NCBI GenBank assembly: GCA_964199315.1 | Contig: OZ116699.1 | Coordinates: 24,304,001 to 24,368,000 of the forward strand | From: Orbicella franksi | Lineage: Eukaryota | Direction: 5' to 3' | DNA length: 64,000 nucleotides | In this document: piece by piece, positions 50,002 through 62,200 of the stretch | Position numbering within the stretch: the first letter of the stretch is position 1 | Layout of the letters: the number at the start of each line of letters is the position of its first letter | Translations under genes and position numbers: made by a program | The notes under the pieces: generated by a model | Told to the model about the DNA's origin: nothing | The model's input: only the letters and a program-made list of their open reading frames with translations | Database searches by the model: none

Positions 50002-50312
50002 GGCCCTGTCCACGCTACGCCGGAGAAATTTAAAAACGCAACAATCACCGGTCGCTTTGGATTTGTGTTTGCGGAAAACTCGGTCAGGAAAATCACACGA
50101 TTATCGTGACAATATCGTTTTGGAAAAGCTCCGTTTTCAAAATGAGTTCCGTCTACGCGAAAACGAAAAGCTGGGCATGGCGTTTTCAAACCTCCGGTTT
50201 GAAGAGCGTTTTCGAAAAGCTCCGTTTTCGTGACGGATTGTGTGGACGGTAGGCCTAACCGAAGAAAGAAAGCCGCGTTTTCAAATTCCTCCGGCGTGGT
50301 ATGGACGCTGCC
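50002..50312 (+). mobile_element. PIF/Harbinger-type MITE (family of 14476-14767)
   Basis: Termini ggccctgtccacgctacgccggagaaattt ... ccggcgtggtatggacgctgcc with flanks TGA/TTA. The interior is colinear with the 14.5 kb copy. Confidence 0.85.
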
Positions 50313-51055
50313 TTAGATTTTGAACTGGCGTTCTTGATAACCATGTATCTTGTATAGGTAAGCACTACAGTTTTACGACACAAATTTACTTTCGCGCATT
50401 TGACCAGTGTTTTACCTATACAAATGCATTAAAGTACAACTCGTCTTGCTAGTACCTATGTTCTAGGAAGTTTCTTCTCGCCGTTTCGTTATTGTCGTTA
50501 CCTGCGCGCTACCAATTACATCGTTATTTTAAGGAGAAATTAGATGCCGATCACTATCACTTGTGTGTTAAGTGTTAAGTTGCGCTGGTGACCGTATAAT
50601 TAATCAAAAGGCCTGTTTGTATATGTTGGTCCTATCATATTGTAAATCATTAGTCAGTGAGAGTAGGTCACTCAAAGTACTCGATTAAGTTCGAGGAAGG
50701 AAAAACGTCTTATCAGTCATGTCGTAATAGTTTCATATATAGGGCCATAAGGGAGACTACAGTCTTGACGGTAATTATGCACCCTATTGAAATAAAGTGT
50801 TATCATCATTATCGTTTTCATGAGCTGATAGAACTGACAATTTTACGATGATAAAGCTGCTCCAAGTCCATGATCCCGAGAGCATTTTCTTTCGTTAACT
50901 AATTACCTGCTACCTCAATGTTGACAGAACTGTTTTACACGGGCCTTGTACGAGTAGAATATTACGCACACTGTGCAAGCTTTCTGTTCAGCTGGAAAAA
51001 GTGGAAAGAAATGATCGTTTGTTGCTATTCTAGCCAGATAGTATCATTTTCCGCC

Positions 51056-51078
51056 AATAGACCATATTCGTATTCTCT

Positions 51079-51111
<33 letters not shown>

Positions 51112-51237
51112 CGTGGCGGGGAATATCATTAAAAAGGGATAAATGCTATTTGCATTTGAAACGATTCCCCGCATTAATATTAGCCTCAGTTGCAAGCTAG
51201 TTCCAGTCCAATACCGAGAACACTGATATGGTCTATT
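51056..51237. mobile_element. MITE with about 40-bp terminal inverted repeats
   Basis: aatagaccatattcgtattctctgtattggactggaactagcttgcaa ... ttgcaagctagttccagtccaataccgagaacactgatatggtctatt. Confidence 0.8.
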
Positions 51238-51457
51238 ATGAAACGTTAAAACTGCTGAAGCTGAATCTCATTTTCTGCCACCTTCAAGCTTTCAAAGCAA
51301 CGAGTACAAACTTTCAGCTTCTCCTCGGCTTGGGTTAAACATGTTGGATGTATATAAAACTGCATTCTACTTATTTAATCATAATCTCATAGCTCGTTCC
51401 TCTTACTCTTAGGAGAGAACATCAGATTCTGGTAAAAATTTGTTTTTACACTTCCTC

Positions 51458-51528
51458 GACGGAACAGAACCGTCACATAGATGGGTTAATTTTCTTGACG
51501 GAACAGAACCGTCACATAGATGGGTTAA
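51458..51528. repeat. Tandem duplication, 39-bp period
   Basis: gacggaacagaaccgtcacatagatgggttaa occurs twice. Confidence 0.9.
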
Positions 51529-52313
51529 CTGTCTAGTTAAATTCTTTTTAGTTACAAATACCCGGCTACAAAAAAAAAGGTCAAAGGGAGGGTGGTCGGA
51601 GGGAGGGACTTTCTGAATCCTCATTCTAGAGAGGGTGGGGGCTATATACATGTATGTGTTTTGCCATCTGATAACTCCGGGTAAGAACCACTCTAATCAA
51701 TTGATTTTATTTTACAGCACTTACCAAGAGTGCAAAGTGTACATCTTAATCAAAGGCAACGATATCGGAATCTACCACAGAAACAGCTCCGGTATTTATA
51801 TAAAAAAATCATTTGTAATTTTGTAATTTTTTAAATTAATTTTATTGGGTTATTGGGTTAACCATCGGGTTATCGGTCACCATGCAGTGAGAAAGCAAGC
51901 TGGAACTCGGATCTGGCAGACAAAGGTTTGAGCCCCTGGTGCGTGCTCGCGATGTATCCTATCCTTTGGCAAGGTACTATACTCCACCTGTGTAAAGGGA
52001 CACTGGCAATTTGGACATGTATTCCATTGCTGGACAATTCCCATCCTTGACAAGGAGAAACGCAACCAGCCACTGGTTAATGCGCAGTAAGAAATGAAAC
52101 CTCAGGTATTGTTAAGGATCAAAAAGCCAAGTTTTAAACATACCGGAAGACAACATATTGTATCATGATCGTGGCTTAAACATTACAGAAAGAAAATTGT
52201 ATTTCACACACGTGTACGGAAGGTTTCAAGGGCAATCAACCTAACAAATGTTATAAACTAGGAAAACTCGTGGTCAAGCCTTTTGTGACAAACAGTATTA
52301 CAACAGAAAGAGA

Positions 52314-52393
52314 ATGATGATGATGATGATGATGATGATGGTGATGGTGATGGTGATGATGATGATGATGATGATGATCATAATAATAATAAT
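52314..52393. repeat. Compound (ATG/GTG)n-(ATA)n microsatellite
   Basis: Read directly from the sequence. Confidence 0.95.
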
Positions 52394-52809
52394 ATATAGA
52401 TATATTTCTATTTCTAGAATGTTAAGATAGATTTGACAACATTGTAAACACTCCTAATCTAAATAGTATTATAATAACGTAAATAATTCTGGAAAGAAAA
52501 TTAAATCAACAAAGAAAACTGTAAAAAATATATTTTTACCAATATAAAATTGTCAATTTCACACTTCGTAATAAGCTCTAAAAGTCTTGGGTAAACAATT
52601 GACTCACTCAACTGTATTCAGTAGTAAATCTGGAAAAGGCTGATATATACCCTACAAAGGTTTTTAGGGGCTACCTTTGGAGCATCTTACTGGCATCCGA
52701 ATTGTACACTTTGACTTGACTAAATGTGAGAACTTAACTTTATAACAACAGCACTGTCACCAGCTTTGTACATAAACAAAGTTATGGCATTAACTGGCTC
52801 ATAATGGAA

Positions 52810-52813
<4 letters not shown>

Positions 52814-52858
<45 letters not shown>
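52814..52858. repeat. (TA)n microsatellite
   Basis: Read directly from the sequence. Confidence 0.95.
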
Positions 52859-52862
<4 letters not shown>

Positions 52863-53154
52863 TTTCAACTTCATCTCCACACTAACAGACCGAAAAAGAA
52901 AAAAACAAAAAAAAAAACAAAAAAAAAACCACACTGTATACAATGAAAAATACTTACAATACAATGCTACAGTACAACATTTATCTACTACTTACTTGGT
53001 TATAGTTACAGTACTTACATTCCAGAAAACTTTTTCCCCTCCCCCTATTGTATGTATATGATATTATTTAGGCATGATTAACCCCTTTTACAGTTTTTAC
53101 AATAACCTCTTGGATTTCTACCTTGCTTAAAAGAAAAAAAAAAACCGCTGATAA

Positions 53155-53398
53155 TTTCACATTACTTATATTTCTACCAAAAAAAAATGCTATTTATTAC
53201 AATATTTTTTCCTTTTTTTTCCTTTACTAGTTACCACACGCTGTTACATAATGCTGGTGCACACTTTCATGTAATTCTTAACGACTTAATGATTCACATT
53301 ACTTATATTTCTACCAAAAAAAAAATAATGCTATTTATTACAATTTTTTTTTTTAAGTGGTTACCACACGCTGTTACATAATGTTGGTGCACACTTTT
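53155..53398. repeat. Tandem duplication of an about 140-bp AT-rich unit
   Basis: ttcacattacttatatttctaccaaaaaaaaa...atgctatttattacaat...gttaccacacgctgttacataatg.tggtgcacacttt occurs twice. Confidence 0.85.
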
Positions 53399-55727
53399 TA
53401 ATGACTGAATGATTTTGTTTCTAGTTGATCTGAAATATTGTGTCTAGATTTGGGGAAGCATGCTCATTATAAAAAGCGTGTACAAGATAAGAAACAACAG
53501 AGAAAAGGGAAAAGGAACAAGGACACATAAGAACTCAAACTGCTAAGGAGGCCGCAAGTCCAGGTGTAAGGTTTTGGAAAAGTAAAGAGTAAAATTGGAA
53601 AGAGAATTGAATGGCAAAAGGGGAGCTGCTAAAAGAAAGAAGTGGATTAAAGTCACTAAAGTCATTAAAGTTAATAATAAAGTGAAGGAATTGAAATATG
53701 TTCTGTGGACTGTGGTTTTCCTTGAAATGATCCCCACTCAGGTCAACTGACCCTTTCATGGCCCCAAAACTAATCTCCTCTAAAATTTGCTATATTTACA
53801 GCAAAAAGCACATGTATGATGACTATGTGTAGCCAGACTGACAAAATTGTTTAAAAGACAAAATTATATATGTAAGCATGGCAAAGCAAAGCTTTTTGCT
53901 TTCATTACCCAGTAGTGCATTTCTTTGATTAAGTGGCAATTATTTCAAATTTCAGGTTTACAATATCTCTTGTGGGTCTTCGTCAGTCTGTCCACAGACC
54001 CTCAAGGAAAGTATTACCTGCAGGCGATTTGAAAGCTAGGAGGTGGCAGGGCTGGGGAAAGACAAAAATAAAGGGTCTGTGAACTTCTTTTGAGAAACTG
54101 AATTCCCTGTTTCTCTAGAAACAGAAAATTCCCTTTGGCTCAAAGGCAATCAACATGTCATGACTGTGTCAATGATCATGGCGTGTTATTTGAAGCAGTT
54201 GTTGTCACCTCATACAGGGTAGCTTGCCACCAAATTTATATCATGTGACCGTAATGTTACACTGTCTATCTTGACACAAAACTGTGTAAATGAAAGGTAG
54301 CCCACCTCTTCGGTGGAATCTTTGGATTTCAAACTGTAATATCCCTAGTCGTGTTATTCAATCATGAAATGTTTTCCAAACTCTACTTGAGTATTTCATG
54401 CTCTGTTCTGTAAGCAATAAACGTAAGATCGCATGGGCAGTCTGTTACTTCTTGTGGCCTCCCTACTGCAAAAACGAGAAGTGTTGATGGATAAGGCCCT
54501 TTCCCAAACTGATAGAAAATATGGCTTTGTAGCCTACTAAAGTAAGATGGTTTGATTTCCCCCCTCATTTACTTTTTTATGGAGTTGAAATAGTTCTTTG
54601 ATGACATACTCCAACATACTGTATGTACATGTGTAATAATGTATGGATGTTGTTTTGCATATTTTTATCTTTTCAGATGTTGCTCAATTTAACTTAGGAA
54701 GTGAGGGCAGACTGAGGTGATTAAATGAAAAGTAGCTAGATGACATGGAGGAGAGGAAATAAAGAGCAGGAGCTACATAGTGTCTTCTGACTTGTACTTC
54801 ATTCTAACTGCTTTCAAGGATTAAGTAATGATTTAATGTTTGTATTAAAAATTTAATAATTTAGTGAAAGTGGAGACACTGAGGATGATCAAGCAAAAAC
54901 CGTGGCATTCACTAACATTAATGATGACCCCAGAAATACACTCCTAATGGTTTCTTTTGTGTAGTTGCCTCAGAAACATTACTGTGAATGTTTTAAAAAT
55001 CGCTTTAGAAATCTTATCATTTACAGTGCTTTTCATTGAATACAATAAATGATAACACTCTAACATCTTGAAAGCAATAAAATTGCACGATGCGATAAAA
55101 AACATGCTTGCGTGAGCACCACTGAAAGCGATGTGGGAATTTACTAGCAAGGAAAGGACTTTAACTGAATTACCAGCGATTCTTATAGGAAGCTGCTAAG
55201 TAGAAACCTAAGATAGGGGGAGTGTAAACTATAAAGATCTATCACTAAAACAAGATGAAATAAAAACTTTGAAAACTGGGGCTCTGCCACGTGTTGGACT
55301 TAGTATAATAGGCTGTTGTATAAAAAACCGAGACTAAAGGTACTTAAGGTTAAAAAACGTCAACACTTGAAACTTATACTAAAAAACAAGCATAGGATAT
55401 AGTTTGTACTTACACATCGGTTCCCGCTCGCATTCTAAATAGGCAAGGGTAACTTAAAACTTAATTTACTTAAAAACACGTACTGTGCAGGATAACTGAA
55501 ACCTGAAATACTGGCGGAAATATGCCGCTAACACTATCTATATACGTCCACGTGTAAAACTAATGACGTCATTGCTAAGCAACAAATTGGCGAATCAGAA
55601 AGGATTAAGATTACTCACTTAATTAGAGAAGCCTCTATATAGTGTTCATTACAGTAATAATGGTGTCTAGCAGCTGTTTATCGGTGGTCATGTGTGGAGA
55701 TGATTCACCCGTAGGGTCAGAATTTGT

Positions 55728-56339
55728 TCACTTAAGAAACGGTGAAAATAGATGAAGTCTCGCACAAGAAAACCACCAGGCCAGTTGGTCGATGTTAACG
55801 TGTATGTCGGGTATCGACCAATTACAAAAGAAAAGACAAAACAAATCCATTACGATCGCAACAGTTTCATACTCACATACAATATGTAAATTGCAGGCCG
55901 TCTTAGTGTAGTTGAGGCACTCTGTAGTAAATATGAGGGCCATTAAATTCATTTCCATTAAGAACACTCGATATTCATAACAAATAATGCCAGGCGCATT
56001 CGCGATGACCGAAAGACCCTGGACTAGCTATTGCTCTGTCATTGTTCGATCGAGAAAATGCAAAATACAGGGCTTGCTTCTCATCATCCGCATTGCATGC
56101 GAAGTCCGACATCGTGGAGAAAGCCTTGAGCTAGAGGATGTTCTGATGGTGTTCATAAACAAGTGGCAAAAAGGGTGACGATTACACAATGCGTAACATG
56201 CCAAAAGACTGTCACCGTCGACCCACCATTGAAACCTACCGAAACGAAACGAACCGCAGTCAAGGAAAATAAGTATCACACTGTCGCCCCTCGCCGATAT
56301 TCCATATCCTGGAAGGTAGGTAAATTTTTCTTTACGCAT
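55728..56339 (-). pseudogene. Unidentified decayed reading frame (204 codons, one internal stop)
   Basis: ORFs 56028-56339 and 55728-55967 are in the same frame, separated by one TAG. An acceptor-like ccttccag lies near 56311. It has hydrophobic segments but no secure homology. Confidence 0.2.
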
Positions 56340-56945
56340 TTACAGCAATAGAGAAGCTTAATGTACATGAAGATATCCTTCGCACTCAGATATAACCTGT
56401 CACTTTAGTGCGTGACGCACTAACGTGACACGACTGACGAGTAAAAGTACGCAGACGCTCTTTGGGATCGTCACAGAATCTTTGTGTGACGAGCCCAAAG
56501 AGCGTTTGCGTACATGCGTAAGAGGCTAGGTGAAAAGCGATTTATTTATTTTCAAGAAGGCACGGTAACGAATCCTGTCATCTGATTGGTTCTTAGCGCG
56601 GTCAGGATTTTCCTATCTCTGACCACGGTCACGGTAACGCTTTCACAGCGGATGAAATTGTTGTGTTGATCCATTTTCGTGAGTGAACAAGCGGTAATCG
56701 TCAACCGGTGCCCTCTTTACACTTCCATCGACGATTAATCTACACAGTGTTTTTCTTTATTCAGTTTCAAAAAAAGTAAAATGGCAAGGAAAGTCTATGT
56801 AAGTTACCTCAAACAAGTGTATTATTTGTGAGAGTTGCTTGGTTGTTTATAGCTTGGCGCTGTTTCGGCGCGTAATTCGACGTCATAATGGGAGGGGTGG
56901 CGGTGGGGGGGGGGGGGGAGGGGGGTGGAGAATTGCCTCGAAGCT

Positions 56946-57003
56946 GATTCCCGTCCCCGGGGGCCGCGCTCCTTTTGGTCAGCACCAAGAATCGCGACCT
57001 CTG
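56946..57003. mobile_element. Solo terminal-repeat fragment of the 31802-32021 MITE family
   Basis: attcccgtccccgggggccgcgctccttttggtcagcaccaagaatcgcgacctctgg matches one TIR. Confidence 0.8.
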
Positions 57004-59249
57004 GGTAGGTCCAGTGAGATTCCGGTTCTAATTGGCTTTGGAAACAATAGAATGAGACTGGAACCAATTGGTTGATATATAGTTAATATGCTTAGAGATC
57101 ATGGCCTGTTCTAGGCATTCGGTTAGTATTAAGGACCGCTCATCTTTTTCTGTAGCGATCGTAGTGATCATGTGGAAACATGGAACAGGCTTATCCTCTG
57201 AGGGAGAGAAGAAAAAAAAGACGTAAGCAGCAAAAGAACTTTAGATGATTGAGAAGATCGGCGGTGGTAGCGATCAGTGATTAGAGGGAAACAGGTAGGC
57301 GTAAGGGTCGCTCAATGCTTTTTATAGAGATCTTAGCGATCATATGAAAACCGGCCTTTCCGCCCTTTAAGGAGCGACCAGTTGGTACGCAAAAACAGCG
57401 TATTGATCAGACGTCAAACATGCATGGCAAATACTCATATCCATCATCACTACATGTAACCATAAAGACATTAAACCCCAACACTCAATCCATTTTCAGC
57501 TATTGTAAGAACAGAACGAGACCAACTAAGAAAACAAAACTGGGTTTTCATTTTCCATGCAGTTACTTCGATGCTTAACTCGATGAAGTTCCTTCATCAA
57601 GTTAAACATCGAAAAGGAGGAAATCAGGACAGTAAGCAAAGCTTCTAAGCAAAGCTTCTAAGTCTCAAACAGACTGATATGGAGCACGGCTGAAAAATCT
57701 GTAAGAGGTCACACAAGCAGATAAGCTAGCGGTACAAAATAATTAAAATTCAATTTTTATTGTCACAATTGTCTCTAAAATGGCTCAAAACTTCATCAAA
57801 GTGTTTTATTCATAGAAAATGTTTTTGATGTTTCATATCGCGTTTATCATATACGTTATCGTTCTGTGGACTTAGGAGCCAGTAAAAACTCAAAGAGATC
57901 TCACTCATGCAAATTTGACGCAACTCCAGGTAACGTTCTGTCTAACCTTGGATAACAAACTGGATATAAACAATTATTTTAGCTCCTAGATAGCAGCAAT
58001 CTTTGAGATATATTCACTTATATTATAAAAGCCAATTTGCATGGGACAATGCCGTTTGCTTTTGTTGCAGGACACAAGCCCATTAAGGAAAAACATGTAT
58101 GATGTTAGCCTGATGATTGTAACAATAATTGAAATCGCTGTATATCCGTAGACGAGACATGGCTAAAAACAAAATCAGACCGTGCTTTTCCCTTGGGTTT
58201 GTTCCAGGGAATTAATGGATTGTTTTATGCAAATTGGCTCTTAAAGAAAAATTCCTGTGTCCACTGATTCGTATTCAGTGGGCAGTTATAATACTAATCC
58301 TAGAAACTGATTTCGCTTCAATATCTATCCGCTTTCTTAGAAAGAATAACTTGCACTACCATTGAAATAGATCCGTTTTGTTCACTGTTCGGTAGTATGA
58401 TCGACAGAAACACGAATACCCCATGTCGATTGGGCCATGGTCATCATTTCGTGGTTCATAAGAAGATGGATAAGTTTGAATCATTCGTTCAATTTAATGT
58501 ATTTAAGGTCAAGCCATGTTCTGCTACACGCAACGCTGCTTCAGCTAATTTTAGCCACTTTCAGACGAAAAGAGAATATATTTTGCAACGGGCGTTGAAT
58601 CATCACGAGGGTGTTGCAAGTATCTACAAAATTCCATGCCTAAGTAGGCTTCACAACCCCATTCCGTTTTGTTCTTTTACTCCTCTCGATAACGTATGTT
58701 GTGCAAAACCACATCAGGCCCTAAAGTGAAGAAGCAAAGAGATTTCCTGTTAAATTACGGAGGAACAACGTTCCCAAATAGAACATAATGACAATTAATT
58801 ATAACCGTTTAGTAAGCCCTGTTGTCTGACTAACCCCGCCCTTGTATATCGATTCAATCGAGGTTTATTTTACTTGCTTTGAGCAATCTCTTGATTAATC
58901 AACCTTAACTATACTAATATCTGAAGATAGAGGGAAATATTACTTACATCTTCAGATCGATACCAATTAATTACTTTCCTTATAGTACTTTTAAAATTCT
59001 TTTTTTTTCCATTACGATACACGTTTAAACGAAGTAGTTGCCGCGCAACTACTTAATCGTTTTATTGATTAGTTAATTAATTTGATATATGCACTTGCGT
59101 GTGATTAATGTATTATTCCGTTTATTGTTACTCTTTACTAATCACCACCTCAGTTATTCTAAACGTGAACGTCCAGTCAGTACACTAGTAATGCTAGAGA
59201 CAATCGTTGAACATGTCATCATACCTCGAGCACTATTTTCACTCCCGGC

Positions 59250-62200
59250 CTAGCCACGATTGGCTGAGCCATTCGCGTGCTGCGTGGAGTGGTGTTCCCT
59301 TACAGGAACGTTGGACCTTGACGTTTCCACATTAACATGCACCGATGGTTTATCCTCTTCTGGTTCAGGAAACAAGCTGGGTTGGGCTGGAATCGGTGCG
59401 ATATTAGGAACCGGTGCGATATTAGGAACTGGCATAGGAATAACTGGTGGAAGCATGGGTGCTAACGGTGGTGGGGCCTGTTGCGGCTCTGGTGTGGGTT
59501 CTTGCAGTGCTGGAGGTTCTACCACGGGTGGAACTGCCATAGGGGGTGCGAAAGGAAGTATTGGAAACATTCGTGGAGCTAAAAGAAGTGGGTTCCCCTG
59601 AGGAAGCGGTGCAGCGGGCAAAGGTAAATTTCTCAAAAAGGCCCTATTGATTGCAGGCAGAGGTAGAATAGCTGGTCCAGTTGAAGGTAGGTCTGATAGT
59701 GGGATATTGGTTGCACCCTCTCGTTCTAGTGTATCCAGTTGTGGTCCAGCTATACCACTAGGTGGACGAAATAAAGGCTCACTGGTCACTCCAGGTTCCT
59801 GTGCCAACGGGGGAGCTGTCTCTGCTGGACTGTCTTGAAGTATAGCTTGTGCACCTAAATCTGAAGGAAGCGTGCCTTCTAAGGGGTTGGCGGCTCCTTT
59901 AAGCGGCAGAGCTCCAACTCCAGTAGGACTGTCAAGTCGTATTCCTCCGAGCTTTGGTCTCTTTCTTCCAGCAGCTCCACCTGCAACTAGGTTTGAAATC
60001 GGATCTGTGAAGACTTCAACGGGCTTGTTAAGGTTGTTACCCAAACCAAACAAGTTCTCCTCGCGTGGTTTTTTTAAGGGTTCTGGGACGAACTTTGGAC
60101 CTCGTCTTCTTTCAATAACGCCGCCTCCAAGAAGATCAAACTGCCTTTTAAATTTCTTTGTTTCGTGATTTTTTCCAGTTGCCAGATGAGATCTTGGCAT
60201 GTTAGTTTCAAGTTCATGACTGTGAAACTTTCTTTCTGGGTTTGGCACGAGTGATTTAGCCGTTTGTACATTTATGCTCACGTGAGGACGTTGAAATGTA
60301 TTAATTGGGCTAACAGAGGATTCTTGAGGTTGAGTGGTTAACACCGAACCTTGCTGATTTTCCTCAGTTTGGGCCAGGTATGGTTGAGAAGCCTCTTGGT
60401 CGTTTGTTTGCGTCAAGGAGGCTTGCGGAAGGTTCATTTGTGTTAGCTGTGCACCGGCATCCTGTTGAAAGGCTTGAATGGGCTGTATTGAAGCCTGTTC
60501 TTGTTGAGGTTCACTGATACTTTGCAAAGACTGTGTGGGCAGAATTTGTTGTTCCTGTTGACCTCCTAGATAATTATATAGCTGACGTTTCCAAGTACGC
60601 TTGTCTTTTCTACCCGCTTGAATGCGATTTTCTTTTATGATTTTCCCTTTTGTGGACTGTGGAACAGTTGATCTTCCATTTTCCTTACTAACGCTACCAG
60701 TCACAGCTGTCTGCCCTAGTGAACTAAGAAGAGGAACGGTTCCAAACAATTGGCGTCTCGATTTTCGCTCTGGTGTCTGTTCCTTATGATGGCCAAAGCT
60801 CTTTCCACGATCATTATTTGTAGATATCAGAGATTTCGCTGTCTGAACACTAATGCTCACTTTCGGTTGTGTTTTGTGTTCTAGAGGTAGCGTAAGTGTT
60901 TGAAACGGTTGAATTTGCTGCTGTTGCATAGGTTGTACAAATGCAAGTGGCTGCTCCTGTTGCGGTTGCGGTTGCTCTTGCTCTTGCTCTTGCTCTTGTT
61001 GTTGTTCAAGCGATTCAGATTGAGGTTGTGGTAGCATGGAAACCTGCTGGACACCTTGTTCGTTTTCTTCTTGGTTTTCACCCGTCAGGAATTGAGTATT
61101 TTGAATAGGATTGCCTTGAATTGTATTTGATCCTTCGTTAAATGGAACCGTAAACTGCCTTTTTACTGTAGTTCTAATCTTTTTCTTAGACGTAGTGCCT
61201 GAAATATCATGTTTCTTTCTGGCTACATCGACCTTAACAGATACGCGAGGTCTTTGGTCTCCGAGCAGAGTACCTGTGTTGGCGACAGTTTCTGGTTCAT
61301 TCACATCGGGCTCATAGTCTTCAGGTTCTTGCTCAAGTTGGTGAAGTTGCGGCATGCTGCGTTTCAAAGAATTAGTTTTGATAGTGCCAGCTTTCCGTTT
61401 ATCATTTGATCTTTTAGATGCTTCCACTTGAACGGAAACATGTGGGCGTTCATAATCAATCTGGCTTACACCTGCCTGAGAGGGCACTGCATCTGAAGGT
61501 AGTTCTTGTGCCTGTTGCTGTTGAAGTGTTGCAGGATTTGAATTAATAGCTGCCGTTGATAACTGATCTAGTTGAGGTTCCTCTTGAACGTGGATAGGAG
61601 ACTGTGAGAAACTACCTTGTGCTGGTTCATCGGATTGTAGTGGTTCTTGATCGTTGATCGTTGCAATGGGTTCCTGAGCCTGTTCGAAAGGCTGTGCAGG
61701 AGGTGCCTGTACACCGAATACTTGACGTTTACTGATCAAATCATGCGAGCCTTCTTCATCCGAGCGCTTAGACGCCTCAACATTGACAGAAACGCGGGGA
61801 GTGTGCACTGAGCTAGGCAAATATTCAAGGGCCTGACCTTGATTGATTGCCGGGAAAGGTAACCCTTCATGCGGTAGTTCCGACAGGCCGTAAATTTGTC
61901 TCCTTTCCTTTTTGATCGGTTCGTTTTGGCTCATTAGTTTATTCTTCTTTTTGGCAGTTTCTACGTGGACTGACACACGGGGTCGCTCATTTTTTGAAGG
62001 GACCTGTGAAAGTAGAGGTGGACTGACAACTGGAAGGGGAATCATGTGCGGAAGCTGTTCCATTCCATATACTTGTCTTTTTGATTTCGAGTTCTCCTTT
62101 GCTTCAAGTTTTTCAACAAAGCTGGGCAACCTCCGCTTTACGCTTGTAGACGATAAAGGTCCGTGACGTTTTCTTCCTGGGAATGCAGACTTTCTCTTGC

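Noticed and set aside
51870-52078. Short minus-strand ORFs with an acceptor-like site
   Set aside because: All frames are short, with no recognisable homology and no consistent exon partner.
58397-58729. 110-codon plus-strand ORF
   Set aside because: It lies in the probable 3' UTR region of gene C on the opposite strand, with no motif or splice support.
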